From assembly GCF_001194135.2 (NCBI RefSeq), contig NC_068994.1:24041051-24100184 (forward strand): a stretch of 59,134 nt of DNA, in the 5' to 3' direction. The notes under the pieces were generated by a model. The model was not told where the DNA came from. It made no database searches and saw only the letters and a program-made list of their open reading frames with translations. Position numbers and translations under genes: made by a program. The DNA is from Octopus bimaculoides. Its lineage: Eukaryota. Position 1 is the stretch's first letter; each line of letters starts with the position of its first letter. This document shows, piece by piece, positions 11,795 through 23,924 of the stretch.

Positions 11795-12739
11795 GTGTGG
11801 TGGGGGAGGCTAACGCAAATAAGCTAAGAGAAATAACTCACAGTGTTTGTGACATGTATTTGAAGAACAAAGACAAGTGTGAATAAATGAAACAACATAC
11901 AAGTTAAATACTTGATTTATTAAAATCATCTGTGCTTCGATAGAAGGTAGAACAATCGCTTAGTGACAAGTGGGAACAACATCAAATGGGAAGGAAAGAT
12001 AATGTCAAGAATCATTACTCTCCAAAACTGGCTGCCATTAGGCAAAAACAGTTTGGTTGTCTGGAGACTAGAAGACAGCTGTGACCATATGTTTTTCCAT
12101 GACAGTTGTGACCATGTGCTTCTTAACGCATTTTCCGCCATCATAACAATAGTCGCCCTCCCTTGTCCTTTGACTCAAACAAAAGGCCATCTTTATGGTT
12201 CTGATAATTAGTATAAATAAAATGAAAATGAGCTAAACAACTCTGAACGACCAGTAGCATGTATTTGGACAACAAAGGCCAGTAACAGCACTACAAAATT
12301 ATAAGTTAATTAGTAAAATATAAAGGGATGAAGTAATTAGGAAACTGAAATAAGTAGAAGAGTTGCTATGACCAACAAAATGCCCCTGAAAGTGGTGCCC
12401 AGGCATAGTTTTAGTTTATGTATGTGTGTATGTACATATCTATGTGTATATTACGTGTAAACGTGCAACTGCATGCATGAATATGTATGCATGTATATAT
12501 GTACGGATGGATGGACGGACGGACGGGTGATTTTTTTTCCTTGGGATTGTTTGCAAAATTCAAAACTTTTCTTTGAATTGTGACAGTTCAGGGTAACGAG
12601 TAACGTTATGTTTATATGTATGTGCATTTGTAGACGAACTTGCACTCATGTATCGTGTGTGCATATCACTACTGTTTATGTATGTGTTTGTATGCCATAT
12701 GCACAACCGATGGTGGGCATGTTGATTCCAGATGAGTTA

Positions 12740-13095
12740 AATGGAGAACCCCTGGAATATTTTATAAATTTTCACTGTATCTCTAATCGGTTGTATTTGC
12801 AGGATGTTAAACACTTTACTTCATTTCTGGACTATAATTTTGTCAATTCCCTTTTCTCCAATTTCAGTCGAGACCCTCACATTCACTGGACAGCTTCCCT
12901 CTACAACAGTGCATGATTTTCATATACTGTCCCTAAGAACAACATCAGGTCTATTGCATTTGCTCCAGGCTGATCTTTTCGTTGTAATGTTTCAACAGTA
13001 TTCCTTATTTTTAAAGGGATACATACATTTTGGCTTTGGTGTGCCTTTGCTATGGCTATCGGGACATTCTGTTTTGTAAATGGTTTTAGCAACAA
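12740..13095 (-). mobile_element. R4/Dong-like retrotransposon RLE endonuclease remnant
   Basis: The minus frame reads IVAKTIYKTECP...KEYC*NIT..CNRPDVVLRDS..SCTVVEGSCPVNV...TVKIYKIFQ, the same RPD...EvsCP domain as at 23.2 kb and 26.3 kb. Confidence 0.7.
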
Positions 13096-13166
13096 TGTTA
13101 TATTTCATATTGATGTAAAAACCTTGAGGACATTTTTGGACAGTTGACGATAATGTGAGTGATACC

Positions 13167-13441
13167 TACCTCACAGGCACAACCTGAAGGTTAAAAGCTT
13201 ATTCATCATTCTTATTCATCAAATATTCAATAACTTTCTCTTTCATAATATATTAATTAATATTCTCGTTTCACCTCTTGTTAAAAAAGTTTTAAAATAG
13301 TGATGTAGAAAATATTGTGACTTTAAGATCCTGAAATACTTTTTGTGTTATATCGTAAAATTCGTAGTTTGAGAATAATGATAATCTCTCAGTGAATATT
13401 GATTGAAATATAGGTTCCTTCAGGTATAAATTCTTGAGGTA
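13167..13441. mobile_element. Possible TA-flanked MITE
   Basis: Left end TACCTCACAGGCACAACCTGAAGG versus the reverse complement of the right end TACCTCAAGAATTTATACCTGAAGG: imperfect ~24-bp TIRs with TA at both ends. Confidence 0.4.
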
Positions 13442-14100
13442 TAATTACCGGTTGTTGTCAATAAGCGCTAGTTTCTAACTGAAGGCCTTGATTTTAACAG
13501 ATCACAAGTGTAGGAAGTGTTTGATGTTGACCCGTCAACACGTAAGGATCATATACCATATACTTTCGTTTAGAATAGAATTAAAGTGTATTGATGTAGT
13601 GTTTACATTAATTCTATTATGTTTCAACATAAATTAGAGGTTAATTTGTACAATCGAGCCGCAACGAAATTCAGTATCTAAGCTGTTTTATTCCTTCCTT
13701 CCACAGGAATTTAGTTCTTCCGTCTGGTACTACGTAAAGGTAAACCCATTACAAAACAACAGCTACCACTTCCTGTGGCTACCCATCTTACTTCAAGTGT
13801 TTGGAAGTTTATATGAGTTTGTTCAAATACTACGCGATGTTTCTGTTTACTAGATTTTTTTTCCTTGATCTGTATTAGCAGTGTGTAGTCAGTCTTTGAC
13901 ATTCTAAAATCAATACAGCTACAAGAATTCTTCAAAGTAATATTGGTTCTTAATTCTATTGTTATTGCTAATACAATGGTTGATAAGAACCAACAGAGCC
14001 AACGTTAACAAACGGAAGCAAAAACAACGACCATTTAAAATAGGGAGTAATTAAGGGAGAAGGACAGAGAAGAGAAAGAGGATGAAAAGAAAAAAGAAAA

Positions 14101-14103
14101 AAA

Positions 14104-14184
<81 letters not shown>

Positions 14185-14277
14185 GAAGGAGGAGGGGGAG
14201 GGGAGGGGGAGGAGAAGAAGAAGAAGAAGAAGAAGAAGAAGAAGAAGAAGAAGAAGAAGAAGAAGAAGAAGAAGAAT
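14101..14277 (+). repeat. Compound microsatellite (TAT)n-(GA/GGA)-(GAA)n
   Basis: Read directly from the sequence; it produces the spurious poly-L/poly-E ORF 14082-14318. Confidence 0.95.
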
Positions 14278-16179
14278 GGAAAAAAACTGCAGTGCATCTA
14301 ATTATAAGATTAATATGAGAGAGAAGATATATGTTTGGAGTTTAGATAGTGATCATGATACGAGCATATTGGATATCGACATGATGTATTAAGTGTTACC
14401 CTGCTTCTCTTCAAAGAAGATAACAAAATGCACACGAAATAACTGAAAATAATAACCAAACTGTGTAGCATACAGAGTTCTTCTTTCTCAATAGCACGTG
14501 AACTAAGATAAAACAGCTGTTCTATCCCGCCTCTACATCCCAGACTTTCTTTCTCCGAAACCGTGCAAATTACCGTTAAGACATCTGTCTATCTTTCCCT
14601 TTTCTCTGTATGTATTCATGTATGTATGTGCTAGTGTCAGTAGGAATTCTTTCATGATCGTAAATGGTAAGAATATTGATATTGTGAAACATTGTGAAAA
14701 CATTGAAGCAATATTAGTATGTCCCCTTCGGTTAATCTTTATTAAGAATATACAATATATGTATGTATATATATATCGATATATATATATATATACATAC
14801 ATACGTGTACCGCTGAATCCTTTGTGTTCTGTTTTAATTTTACGTTTTTAATTTATATATATATNNNNNNNNNNNNNNNNNNNNNNNNNNNNNNNNNNNN
14901 NNNNNNNNNNNNNNNNNNNNNNNNNNNNNNNNNNNNNNNNNNNNNNNNNNNNNNNNNNNNNNNNNNNNNNNNNNNNNNNNNNNNNNNNNNNNNNNNNNNN
15001 NNNNNNNNNNNNNNNNNNNNNNNNNNNNNNNNNNNNNNNNNNNNNNNNNNNNNNNNNNNNNNNNNNNNNNNNNNNNNNNNNNNNNNNNNNNNNNNNNNNN
15101 NNNNNNNNNNNNNNNNNNNNNNNNNNNNNNNNNNNNNNNNNNNNNNNNNNNNNNNNNNNNNNNNNNNNNNNNNNNNNNNNNNNNNNNNNNNNNNNNNNNN
15201 NNNNNNNNNNNNNNNNNNNNNNNNNNNNNNNNNNNNNNNNNNNNNNNNNNNNNNNNNNNNNNNNNNNNNNNNNNNNNNNNNNNNNNNNNNNNNNNNNNNN
15301 NNNNNNNNNNNNNNNNNNNNNNNNNNNNNNNNNNNNNNNNNNNNNNNNNNNNNNNNNNNNNNNNNNNNNNNNNNNNNNNNNNNNNNNNNNNNNNNNNNNN
15401 NNNNNNNNNNNNNNNNNNNNNNNNNNNNNNNNNNNNNNNNNNNNNNNNNNNNNNNNNNNNNNNNNNNNNNNNNNNNNNNNNNNNNNNNNNNNNNNNNNNN
15501 NNNNNNNNNNNNNNNNNNNNNNNNNNNNNNNNNNNNNNNNNNNNNNNNNNNNNNNNNNNNNNNNNNNNNNNNNNNNNNNNNNNNNNNNNTATATATATGT
15601 ATGTATAGGATTGTGGCACGGAAAGGTTCCGGTGGTCCTGTTTCGATTTATAAATGCATTCATTTCACTAATGTCACTAATACCCGTCAGAAAGTCGTGA
15701 ATATCTCATATCTTCCTAATTCCTTTTAATAACAAATGAGGGGGATTCAACCTTGTCTCTCGACCCACCAATTATACACTCGTATTCTCTGAAATTACAT
15801 TTTAACATCTTCAAATGGGAAGGACGCATTACATAATGTGCACCTAGATATACAAATACATGGGGATGGTCACGATTGGAATACTTTTGATCATAGGTCT
15901 GCTCGGAGAAAGCCAACTTGGGGCAAAACAGCAAAACAACAACAACTAAAGAATAATTATTTGTAACAGGAATATAACCAGCTTCTGATTTCTAATTAAA
16001 ACCACTTTTGCTTTTGGCGCTATTTGAGAAATATATGAGTACCACAACTTACTTCTCGCTTATAGATATAAAGACCTGTACCGATATCAGAAATTTTTCT
16101 TTGGAATAGTAGCAGACAATTCAAAAATATCATTTTTAGTAAATTAATGTTACTAAAATGCTTACTTGTTCAACTCTAG

Positions 16180-16370
16180 TTCGGCCCTGATCAATCAGAC
16201 AGAAGATCAAAGGCGTTCCAGCCGTGATCAGTCCATATTTTATGCAGACACTGTATATTATTTTAGGAGTACATGTGTCCTTCTTTTTTAAAGATTATTG
16301 AGATGTGATTTTGGAGAGATTTGGCTGCTATTTTTTATAGCAGATCGAGCGACCATGTAGATGTCCCCTC
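16180..16370 (+). repeat. Old interspersed repeat related to the arms of the 1621-1733 hairpin
   Basis: Contains AGATTTGGCTGCTATTT...AGCAGATCGAGCGACCATGTAG (16318-16360), the same motif as the hairpin arms. Confidence 0.5.
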
Positions 16371-17190
16371 TTATAATGTGTACTCTGTAGACAAACTGTA
16401 TAATTTGTCAACCCTAGTGTAACTGGCTGTTTAGAGCTAATAAGTTGTCTGAAGTTGTACTTTAATGAAACAATCTTCCGGAGATTAGTGTCGCAATGAG
16501 CGAACTGAACAGTAAATGTAATCGATGTTCCCTTGTTTGTATTGTCGAACTACTACTACTATGGTGACAATAAGAGATGACGTGCCCGTATACCAAGTAG
16601 GTAGCAAACAGACGACACAGTATTGATAAATAGAGCTTGTCACTTACTCGTCATCCTCCTCGGTTTGCCTGTCCAACCATCCGTTGTGAATCATCCTCTC
16701 CCCTCAGTGTAAAACTGTGGATAAATTGACAGTACTCCAGAGTGGACGTATAACAATTCCTTTTGTTGTCTTGGTGCAGATGTGAGCTCGTTTAATAAAA
16801 GACGAGAGAAAAAAAATAAAAAAAGGAAAGAGGCGAGCTGAGGACTGAGGAATGTGCTCACTTGCTAAGAGAGACGGAGTGTACTGAAGGAAAGACGGCG
16901 AGATTTGGGGAGAAATCAAGAGAGTTTGGGAAAAAAGGTGAAAGGTGAATGAAAGCAATGAATGAACATATTCAGAAGTACAAAATGTAAACACATCTAA
17001 AAGAATTTATTTACTCAAGCGAATGAGTAAATTGTCATTGATACATACATACATACATACATGCATACATATGTATGTATATTATATCATATTAATTCGA
17101 ATGCATTTTTTCCTGACTTATGAACTCTTAGACGGCTATATTATATATATATGTATATGCATTACACATGTATACATGTATGATATATAT

Positions 17191-17227
<37 letters not shown>

Positions 17228-17251
17228 ACCAATGTATGGGTATGCGAATGT

Positions 17252-17301
<50 letters not shown>

Positions 17302-17645
17302 TGTGTGTGTGTAAAAATATAAAGAAAATATTAGAATTTGCATAGACGAAGCATTTAAAGGATCGATGTAAAAATAATCATCAGACTTGTTGAAAATATG
17401 ATGAAATATCTACATAGAAATTGCTGGAATTTACTTATGACTCAATCAACATTTTCTTTCAGTAACGGACTCTCATAAGTTCAGACAAGTTTCCCAAGAA
17501 TAAAGAAATATTGCTTTTATTGATTTTTAGCTTCACATTAAATTACAATGTTCATAAACCTGGATGACGGCAGTATGTATGCGAAAACACATCCAGTTAA
17601 AAAATAATACATAAATCTACATATTTATAAAATTATTATTTATAA

Positions 17646-17749
<104 letters not shown>

Positions 17750-18959
17750 ATGCTGTAATTCATAAGTAGTGTTTTATGTGTGTACTATAGTAATAGTGTA
17801 TGTGTATTTGAGGAGGAAAAATATATGCGTAATCTTGTCAGATAGATAGCATTAAAATGCTTTCTCTTTTGTCCCCCCTCTCTCTCTCCCTTGCTTACCC
17901 ACTCTCATTCATTCACTCACTTTCTCTCTTTCGTACTTATACTTCTTCCGTACGTTATTTTCACAGTTTTCATTGCGAAATTTCATCATTTCGTTTTCAT
18001 ATTATGGCCAGTGCTTCTTCCTCATTGCTTGGCATATAACTAGAAATATTCCAGCAGTTCAGTTGGAAAATAAGAGTTCGATATTACAACTTCAGCAAGC
18101 GATGAATGAATATCTTTGACGAGCTGTGCTTCTATGCAAAATATCCTTGGGAATTCTAATGTATTTATTGATGTTCTTGCAACAACGGGTAAAGGTGGGG
18201 AATGTCGCAGTGGGAGAGAGTAAGCTAATAAGCTGAAAATAATAACTACAATTTTAGAAATGGTAGATAGAAAAATTGATTTCTTACATATGCGCAAGGG
18301 ATGAAAATATGGTATTAGCGATATAAGTAGAATTAAAGAGTAAACCACCGAAAATCGAAACCTCGCTGTTTGCTCGGTTCAGCAGGAAGAACATTAGATA
18401 CATTACAGAAATCCTCCTAAGGAGACAATCGAGGAGAATGGATAACTACAATAAAAATAAAAGGAGGGGTGCAAAAAAAAAAAAAGAAAAGAAATTGCGT
18501 GTGAGGGAGAGGGAGAGAAATGTTATGTTCTGTATGCAGTCGCATCGAGTAATTGTGACAGCAGCATGTCCTACCGCATGAGAATGAGTGACAAAAGAAG
18601 GTTGAATCTATTAAGGGGAAACAACTCGTTGTTTTAATGAATATACAATAAACCGAATAAAATGTGAAGATCGACGAATTAATTGTATCGGACGAAGTAA
18701 AGAAATAAGAAAAAAAAAAAAAACAACTGGAAAAGATAATTTAATTCATCAGAGAATATTTGGAAATAATTTGTTGTGATGAAGCCCATATTTGTTCTGG
18801 TTAAGCAGACATATAATCAAAGCTTTCTAGCTATAACCATCTCGTCTTATTTCTCAACATTTATCCGGAGCTATATTATTCTAGCGTTTCCTACCTTTGC
18901 TAAGAATATAAATAGGTTGAAGGAAATGTGGCCGCTATTTCTAGCATATTAGCGTACAA

Positions 18960-19090
18960 TCACTTTACAATTAAGAAACTTACTTTACAACTACATAGTT
19001 TGGGATTCGAACCTTTTATACGGCACCTTGGACAAGTATCTATTACTATAGCCACCAGTCAACCAATGCCTTGCAGGGGAAATTTCGGAA
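18960..19090 (+). mobile_element. Degenerate SINE head
   Basis: GGGATTCGAACC (B-box-like), followed by CGGCACCTTGGACAAGTATCTATTACTATAGCC...ACCAATGCCTTG, matching the SINE head consensus seen in other copies. Confidence 0.6.
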
Positions 19091-19248
19091 GCACACTCCT
19101 CAAGCATCCCCTATTCTCCGCATTTATCACATCCTGCATGTACATATCCTTCAAATAACACGAAATACTACAGGCCCGCACACATACACACACATATATA
19201 GACACACGTACAATCATGCATGTATGTATGTATGTATGTATGTATTTA

Positions 19249-19286
<38 letters not shown>

Positions 19287-19289
19287 CAT

Positions 19290-19345
19290 TTTTATTTGTT
19301 TTGTTTCAGTCATTTGACTGTGGCCATGCTGGAGCACCGCCTTTA
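19290..19345 (-). mobile_element. SINE 3' tail-only fragment
   Basis: The minus strand reads AAGGCGGTGCTCCAGCATGGCCACAGTCAAATGACTGAAACAAAACAAATAAAAA. Confidence 0.85.
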
Positions 19346-19350
19346 GAAAG

Positions 19351-19469
19351 AAATGCTTACAGCACCTAGGTTTCCCAAGCGGTCACCCATTTAAGTACTA
19401 ACTAGGCTCGATGTTGCTTAACTTCGGTGATCAGACGAGAACCGGTGCTTTCAATGTGATATGGTCGTA
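19351..19469 (-). rRNA. 5S rRNA: 5S rRNA copy, probably a pseudogene (first ~3 nt missing)
   Basis: The minus strand reads TACGACCATATCACATTGAAAGCACCGGTTCTCGTCTGATCACCGAAGTTAAGCAACATCGAGCCTAGTTAGTACTTAAATGGGTGACCGCTTGGGAAACCTAGGTGCTGTAAGCATTT, a canonical metazoan 5S sequence. The box C region reads AAATGGG instead of GGATGGG, and the 5' end abuts (TA)n and a gap. Confidence 0.92.
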
Positions 19470-20122
19470 TATATATNNNNNNNNNNNNNNNNNNNNNNNN
19501 NNNNNNNNNNNNNNNNNNNNNNNNNNNNNNNNNNNNNNNNNNNNNNNNNNNNNNNNNNNNNNNNNNNNNNNNNNNNNNNNNNNNNNNNNNNNNNNNNNNN
19601 NNNNNNNNNNNNNNNNNNNNNNNNNNNNNNNNNNNNNNNNNNNNNNNNNNNNNNNNNNNNNNNNNNNNNNNNNNNNNNNNNNNNNNNNNNNNNNNNNNNN
19701 NNNNNNNNNNNNNNNNNNNNNNNNNNNNNNNNNNNNNNNNNNNNNNNNNNNNNNNNNNNNNNNNNNNNNNNNNNNNNNNNNNNNNNNNNNNNNNNNNNNN
19801 NNNNNNNNNNNNNNNNNNNNNNNNNNNNNNNNNNNNNNNNNNNNNNNNNNNNNNNNNNNNNNNNNNNNNNNNNNNNNNNNNNNNNNNNNNNNNNNNNNNN
19901 NNNNNNNNNNNNNNNNNNNNNNNNNNNNNNNNNNNNNNNNNNNNNNNNNNNNNNNNNNNNNNNNNNNNNNNNNNNNNNNNNNNNNNNNNNNNNNNNNNNN
20001 NNNNNNNNNNNNNNNNNNNNNNNNNNNNNNNNNNNNNNNNNNNNNNNNNNNNNNNNNNNNNNNNNNNNNNNNNNNNNNNNNNNNNNNNNNNNNNNNNNNN
20101 NNNNNNNNNNNNNNNNNNNNNN

Positions 20123-20161
<39 letters not shown>

Positions 20162-20217
20162 AACAGACAATCATGCAAATACTTACCTACATACATACGT
20201 ACATACATACATACATA

Positions 20218-23200
20218 ATATCCATAATGGCGCCGTCAATATTTGACGTGCAGATGTAGAGGCCCGTTTTAAAAGTCCGTTTTGAACGCCTTCCTAAAGA
20301 AATATGCTGACTTCTCCAGCCTAAATAGGTAACTGGTTTATTTCTACTACAATAAATAAGGGGAACACCTTTTACTCGCTATCGTAGCGCTATCCTGAAC
20401 AGATTTTAAAATATACATCTACACCACGTGGAATCTCGCCAGCACGATTATGGCTGAAACTAAAACCACCACAGATGAAACTAACAACGCCACCACTGAT
20501 GAAAACAGAACTACTTCACCAGTAAGTTATTTAAGAAGATGTAAATACTCTTCTCATTTTACTTGAACTCAGCAACTAAACCAAGATTTACTTCGGTGCT
20601 ATGAAAAATCCCGAGATGACCCTTCAATCGGATACTTGAAGCGGTTAAAACAATACTGGGACGAAGCTCATCCTAACTTAAATACGTTCACGACGAAACA
20701 ACTTCGGCAACAAGCATCTTTTGTAAAAAGAAAAAAAAAAATTCAACTGGTCCTCGATACTCTAAAAACACTGAAAATGGGCCAAAATCTGCCAGAAGCT
20801 GCGTAAAAAATAATGGAAACAAACTACCGCTCCCGCCATCGCTAAATTTGAGTGTGTCTCCAAATTTAGCTGACTCAGTAGCGAAGACTGCGGAATACAT
20901 CCAACTCAAAAACATTTTAAAACCACAATACGCAAAAAAATTTCGCTACTTTCTCGAAGCAACAGACTATTCCCAACAAGAGCGAGAACAAATCCGACCG
21001 ATCTAATGTTTAAGGTTATCAATGATGTTGCTGGAGAGCACATGGAATCATGTGATGTTAATTACTGGAATATTAAAACTCTTATATACACAGCCGCTAT
21101 TACTCTTAAAGAACACCTAGGAAAAATCTACAGTGACCAAAGTAACGAAATTTGTAAACGGAAACAACCTAAATGGTAAACAAAACTTGAAGAAAATATC
21201 AACAACGTGCGCCGCTATATTGGATGGTCAACTATAACAATAAAATGTAAGGAGAAAAATGAGTTTACACCTCACCATCTCTACCTTAGATAAAAATTAA
21301 TGAAACTCTATGGCAAATCTTCACACCGAGCTCTTGAGAAAAGCTAATCACTTTAAAACATGAAATCAGGACGATGAGCGAAAAACTCCGCTATCGCAAG
21401 TGAATTTTTGCTTCTAACCCACAAGCATTATACAAAGAGATGAGGAAGGAAAATATTACCATTAAGAAAGTTCCCTCTTCAAAAGATCTACAATCATTTT
21501 GGTAAAAAAAATTTGGAACGAAAAGAGGGATTTCAACCTGAATGCATCATGGGTAAATACAGTTGGGAGAGAATACTGTATCAATACTAACAGTAAAACA
21601 TACAAAATTGAAGCAGAAACCCCCGCTATAGCAGTAGGCAAACTGCAGAATGGGAAGACACTGGAAGGGATCTAATAGTTGGATATTGGTACAAGAAGCT
21701 GACATTTTATAGAAACCAATTGATATGTATGTTCAAAAGGACTGTGGAAGGTCAGACTGATATACCACATTGGCTTGCTACAGCAAGGACAAATCTTGTT
21801 GCTAAAAATGAAATCACCGAGATGGCAGGAAACTACAGACCCATTGCTTACCTAAACATTATATACAAACTGTACACAAGTTGCCTCAATCAATTCCTCC
21901 AGGGCCATTGTGAGTCAAACAACATTGTGACTGATGAACAGGCTGGTGGAAAGAAGGGAGTGTGGGGATGTGCCAAACAACTTTTAATAAACAAAGCTGT
22001 CCTGACTAAAGTAAGAAAAAAACGCAGAAACCTTGTGAAAGTCTGGCTTGACTATAAGAAGACATTCGACTCTATCCCTCATTCATGTCTGTTGAAGTAC
22101 CTACATCTGGCAAAGGTACCTACATCTGGCAAAGGTACCTACTACCTTAAAACTCACAAAGACATGGACAACCATTCTTACCCTTACAACTGAGAACAGA
22201 ATAATTGTTTCTAATAGTGGAGGCATCTCAAAGGGAATATTCCAGGGAGATAGTCTTTCTGTACTTATTTTCATTTTGACATTGAGTCCATTATCATTTC
22301 TACTGCAGAAAACAAATGGTTACATGCTAGTATCTTCAATTGCCAGAAATATCAATGTGGCTCATAATTTCTTTGTATACAACCTGAAGATTTATGCTAA
22401 AAGTGTTAACAATTCCAAAAAACAACTGGATATAGGCATGGAATTTGGCCAAAAGAAATGTTTATATTTGGTTATAGAACGAGGAAAGTCAGTCCCCTAA
22501 ACCCAGAACATGTGCATCAACGATCTCTTTATCTCCCCCGTTCCACACAAAGAATGTTACAAGTACCTAGGCATAGACGAAAATGTATCATACGAAGGCA
22601 CTGTGACTAAAGATAGAGTGGCCCGAGAATATTACACCAGACTTAAGAAAATGTGGTAGTTGGAACTCTCCTCTTACAACAAAAAAATATCCCACAATGC
22701 ATTTTCAGTACCAGTGCTGATCCCAACATTTGGGATACTTGATTGATCTGTAGAGGAAATCCACTTTATAGATATCAAAACCCGCAAAATTCTGACAACA
22801 ACTGGGAACTTCCACAGAAACAGTGATGTTGACAGCCTCTCTTGGACCCAAGACCAGTACATCACATTACACTTTGAAGGCTATGCGTTTGCAATCTAGG
22901 AACAGGAAATTGCCACAAAGTACGTGGTGAACAAGAGAGACAGTGACACTCTTGTAATCCCAAAGTGCAACCACATGTGTAGGCTATGTCATGTTTCCGT
23001 GGAAGACATTACGCATGTTATTAGCAGCTGTCCTAAAATGTCGTCACGGTACTACCTCCCAATGCGGCACGATGTTGTTGCTAAAACAGTTTACAGTGAC
23101 ATCCACAAAAGAGACTGTCCTGAAATAAACTTAGAAAATCCCTCTGTTATGGAATACATTCATAAACAGCAACTGAAGGAATACTGGTGGAATATTCCCA

Positions 23201-23737
23201 TCAAAACATCTGTCAAATTTAAACATAACAGGCCAGATATTGTTGTTTGGGACAGAAGGGCAAAGGTATGTACCATCATAGAGGTGAACTGCCTTGCAAA
23301 TATAAATATATCTTTGAAAATCAAAGAAAAATAGGATATCTCTTTTAATTTCTTTTTTTTTTTTTTACTTGTTTCAGTCATTTGACTGTGGCCATGATGG
23401 AGCACCGCCTTTATGGACAATTGCTTCAAAACCTTCAGTTTCTAAATCCAGACTATGAATCAAATTCATACCAATAATAATTGGAGCACTAGGTTTTGTT
23501 AGCAAATGCTTAAAGGAGAATCTGGGTAAACTGGGATTTTCAGAAAGAGAAATTGACCGGCCGATTCGTACAAGTTCAATCGGTGAGTGGAACAGTAAAA
23601 ATATGCAAAACTTTTCTCAAGTTCCAAATGTGAATTTGTCTGTGTTAACTACATCCCAAAGATGGAGGCTTGTATCTTTGTTGGAAACTGGCTCCCTCCT
23701 CAGTGGAAGATATATAATAATTATAAAATGGAAGAGA
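20218..23737 (+). mobile_element. R4/Dong-like RT+RLE non-LTR retrotransposon, copy A (near full length, decayed)
   Basis: N-terminal motif from ATG ~20450 (...QLNQDLLRCYEKSRDDPSIGYLKRLKQYWDE...KQLRQQ). RT motifs NYRPIA, QAGGKKGVWGC..QLLINK, WLDYKKTFDS, GIFQGDSLS. CCHC motif CRLC..EDITHVISSC...RHD and RLE motif NRPDIVVWD...IIEVNC. Both ends lie in (CATA)n. Confidence 0.9.
23341..23411 (-). mobile_element. SINE 3' tail-only fragment inserted in the RLE coding region of copy A
   Basis: TCTTTTAATTTC(T)nACTTGTTTCAGTCATTTGACTGTGGCCATGATGGAGCACCGCCTT interrupts ...KIKEK*DI|YGQLLQNLQF.... Confidence 0.85.
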
Positions 23738-23771
23738 CATACATACATACATACATACATACATACATACA

Positions 23772-23885
23772 CCACGTATCTGTGGAGTGCTCAGCCACTT
23801 TCACGTTAATTTCACGAGCAGGCTGTTCCGTTGATTGGATCAACTGGAACCCTCGACGTCGTAAGCAACGGAGTGCCAACACAAA
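23772..23885 (+). mobile_element. Short interspersed repeat 3' fragment sitting inside a (CATA)n array
   Basis: GC-richer 115-bp block (GTGGAGTGCTCAGCCAC...AACGGAGTGCCAACAC) with CATA repeats on both sides. It resembles a retroposon 3' end; the family is uncertain. Confidence 0.5.
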
Positions 23886-23924
23886 CACATACATACATAC
23901 ATACATAAATACATACATACATAC

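Noticed and set aside
14082-14318. Poly-Leu/poly-Glu ORF resembling a membrane protein
   Set aside because: Entirely explained by adjacent (TAT)n and (GAA)n microsatellites.
20218-20449. Possible HDV-like ribozyme in the 5' UTR of R4/Dong copy A
   Set aside because: Only isolated hairpins are visible (GTCAA/TTGAC, GCTG/CAGC, CCTA/TAGG). I could not assemble the nested double pseudoknot with a G1.U pair and catalytic C. A covariance search on the family consensus would be needed.
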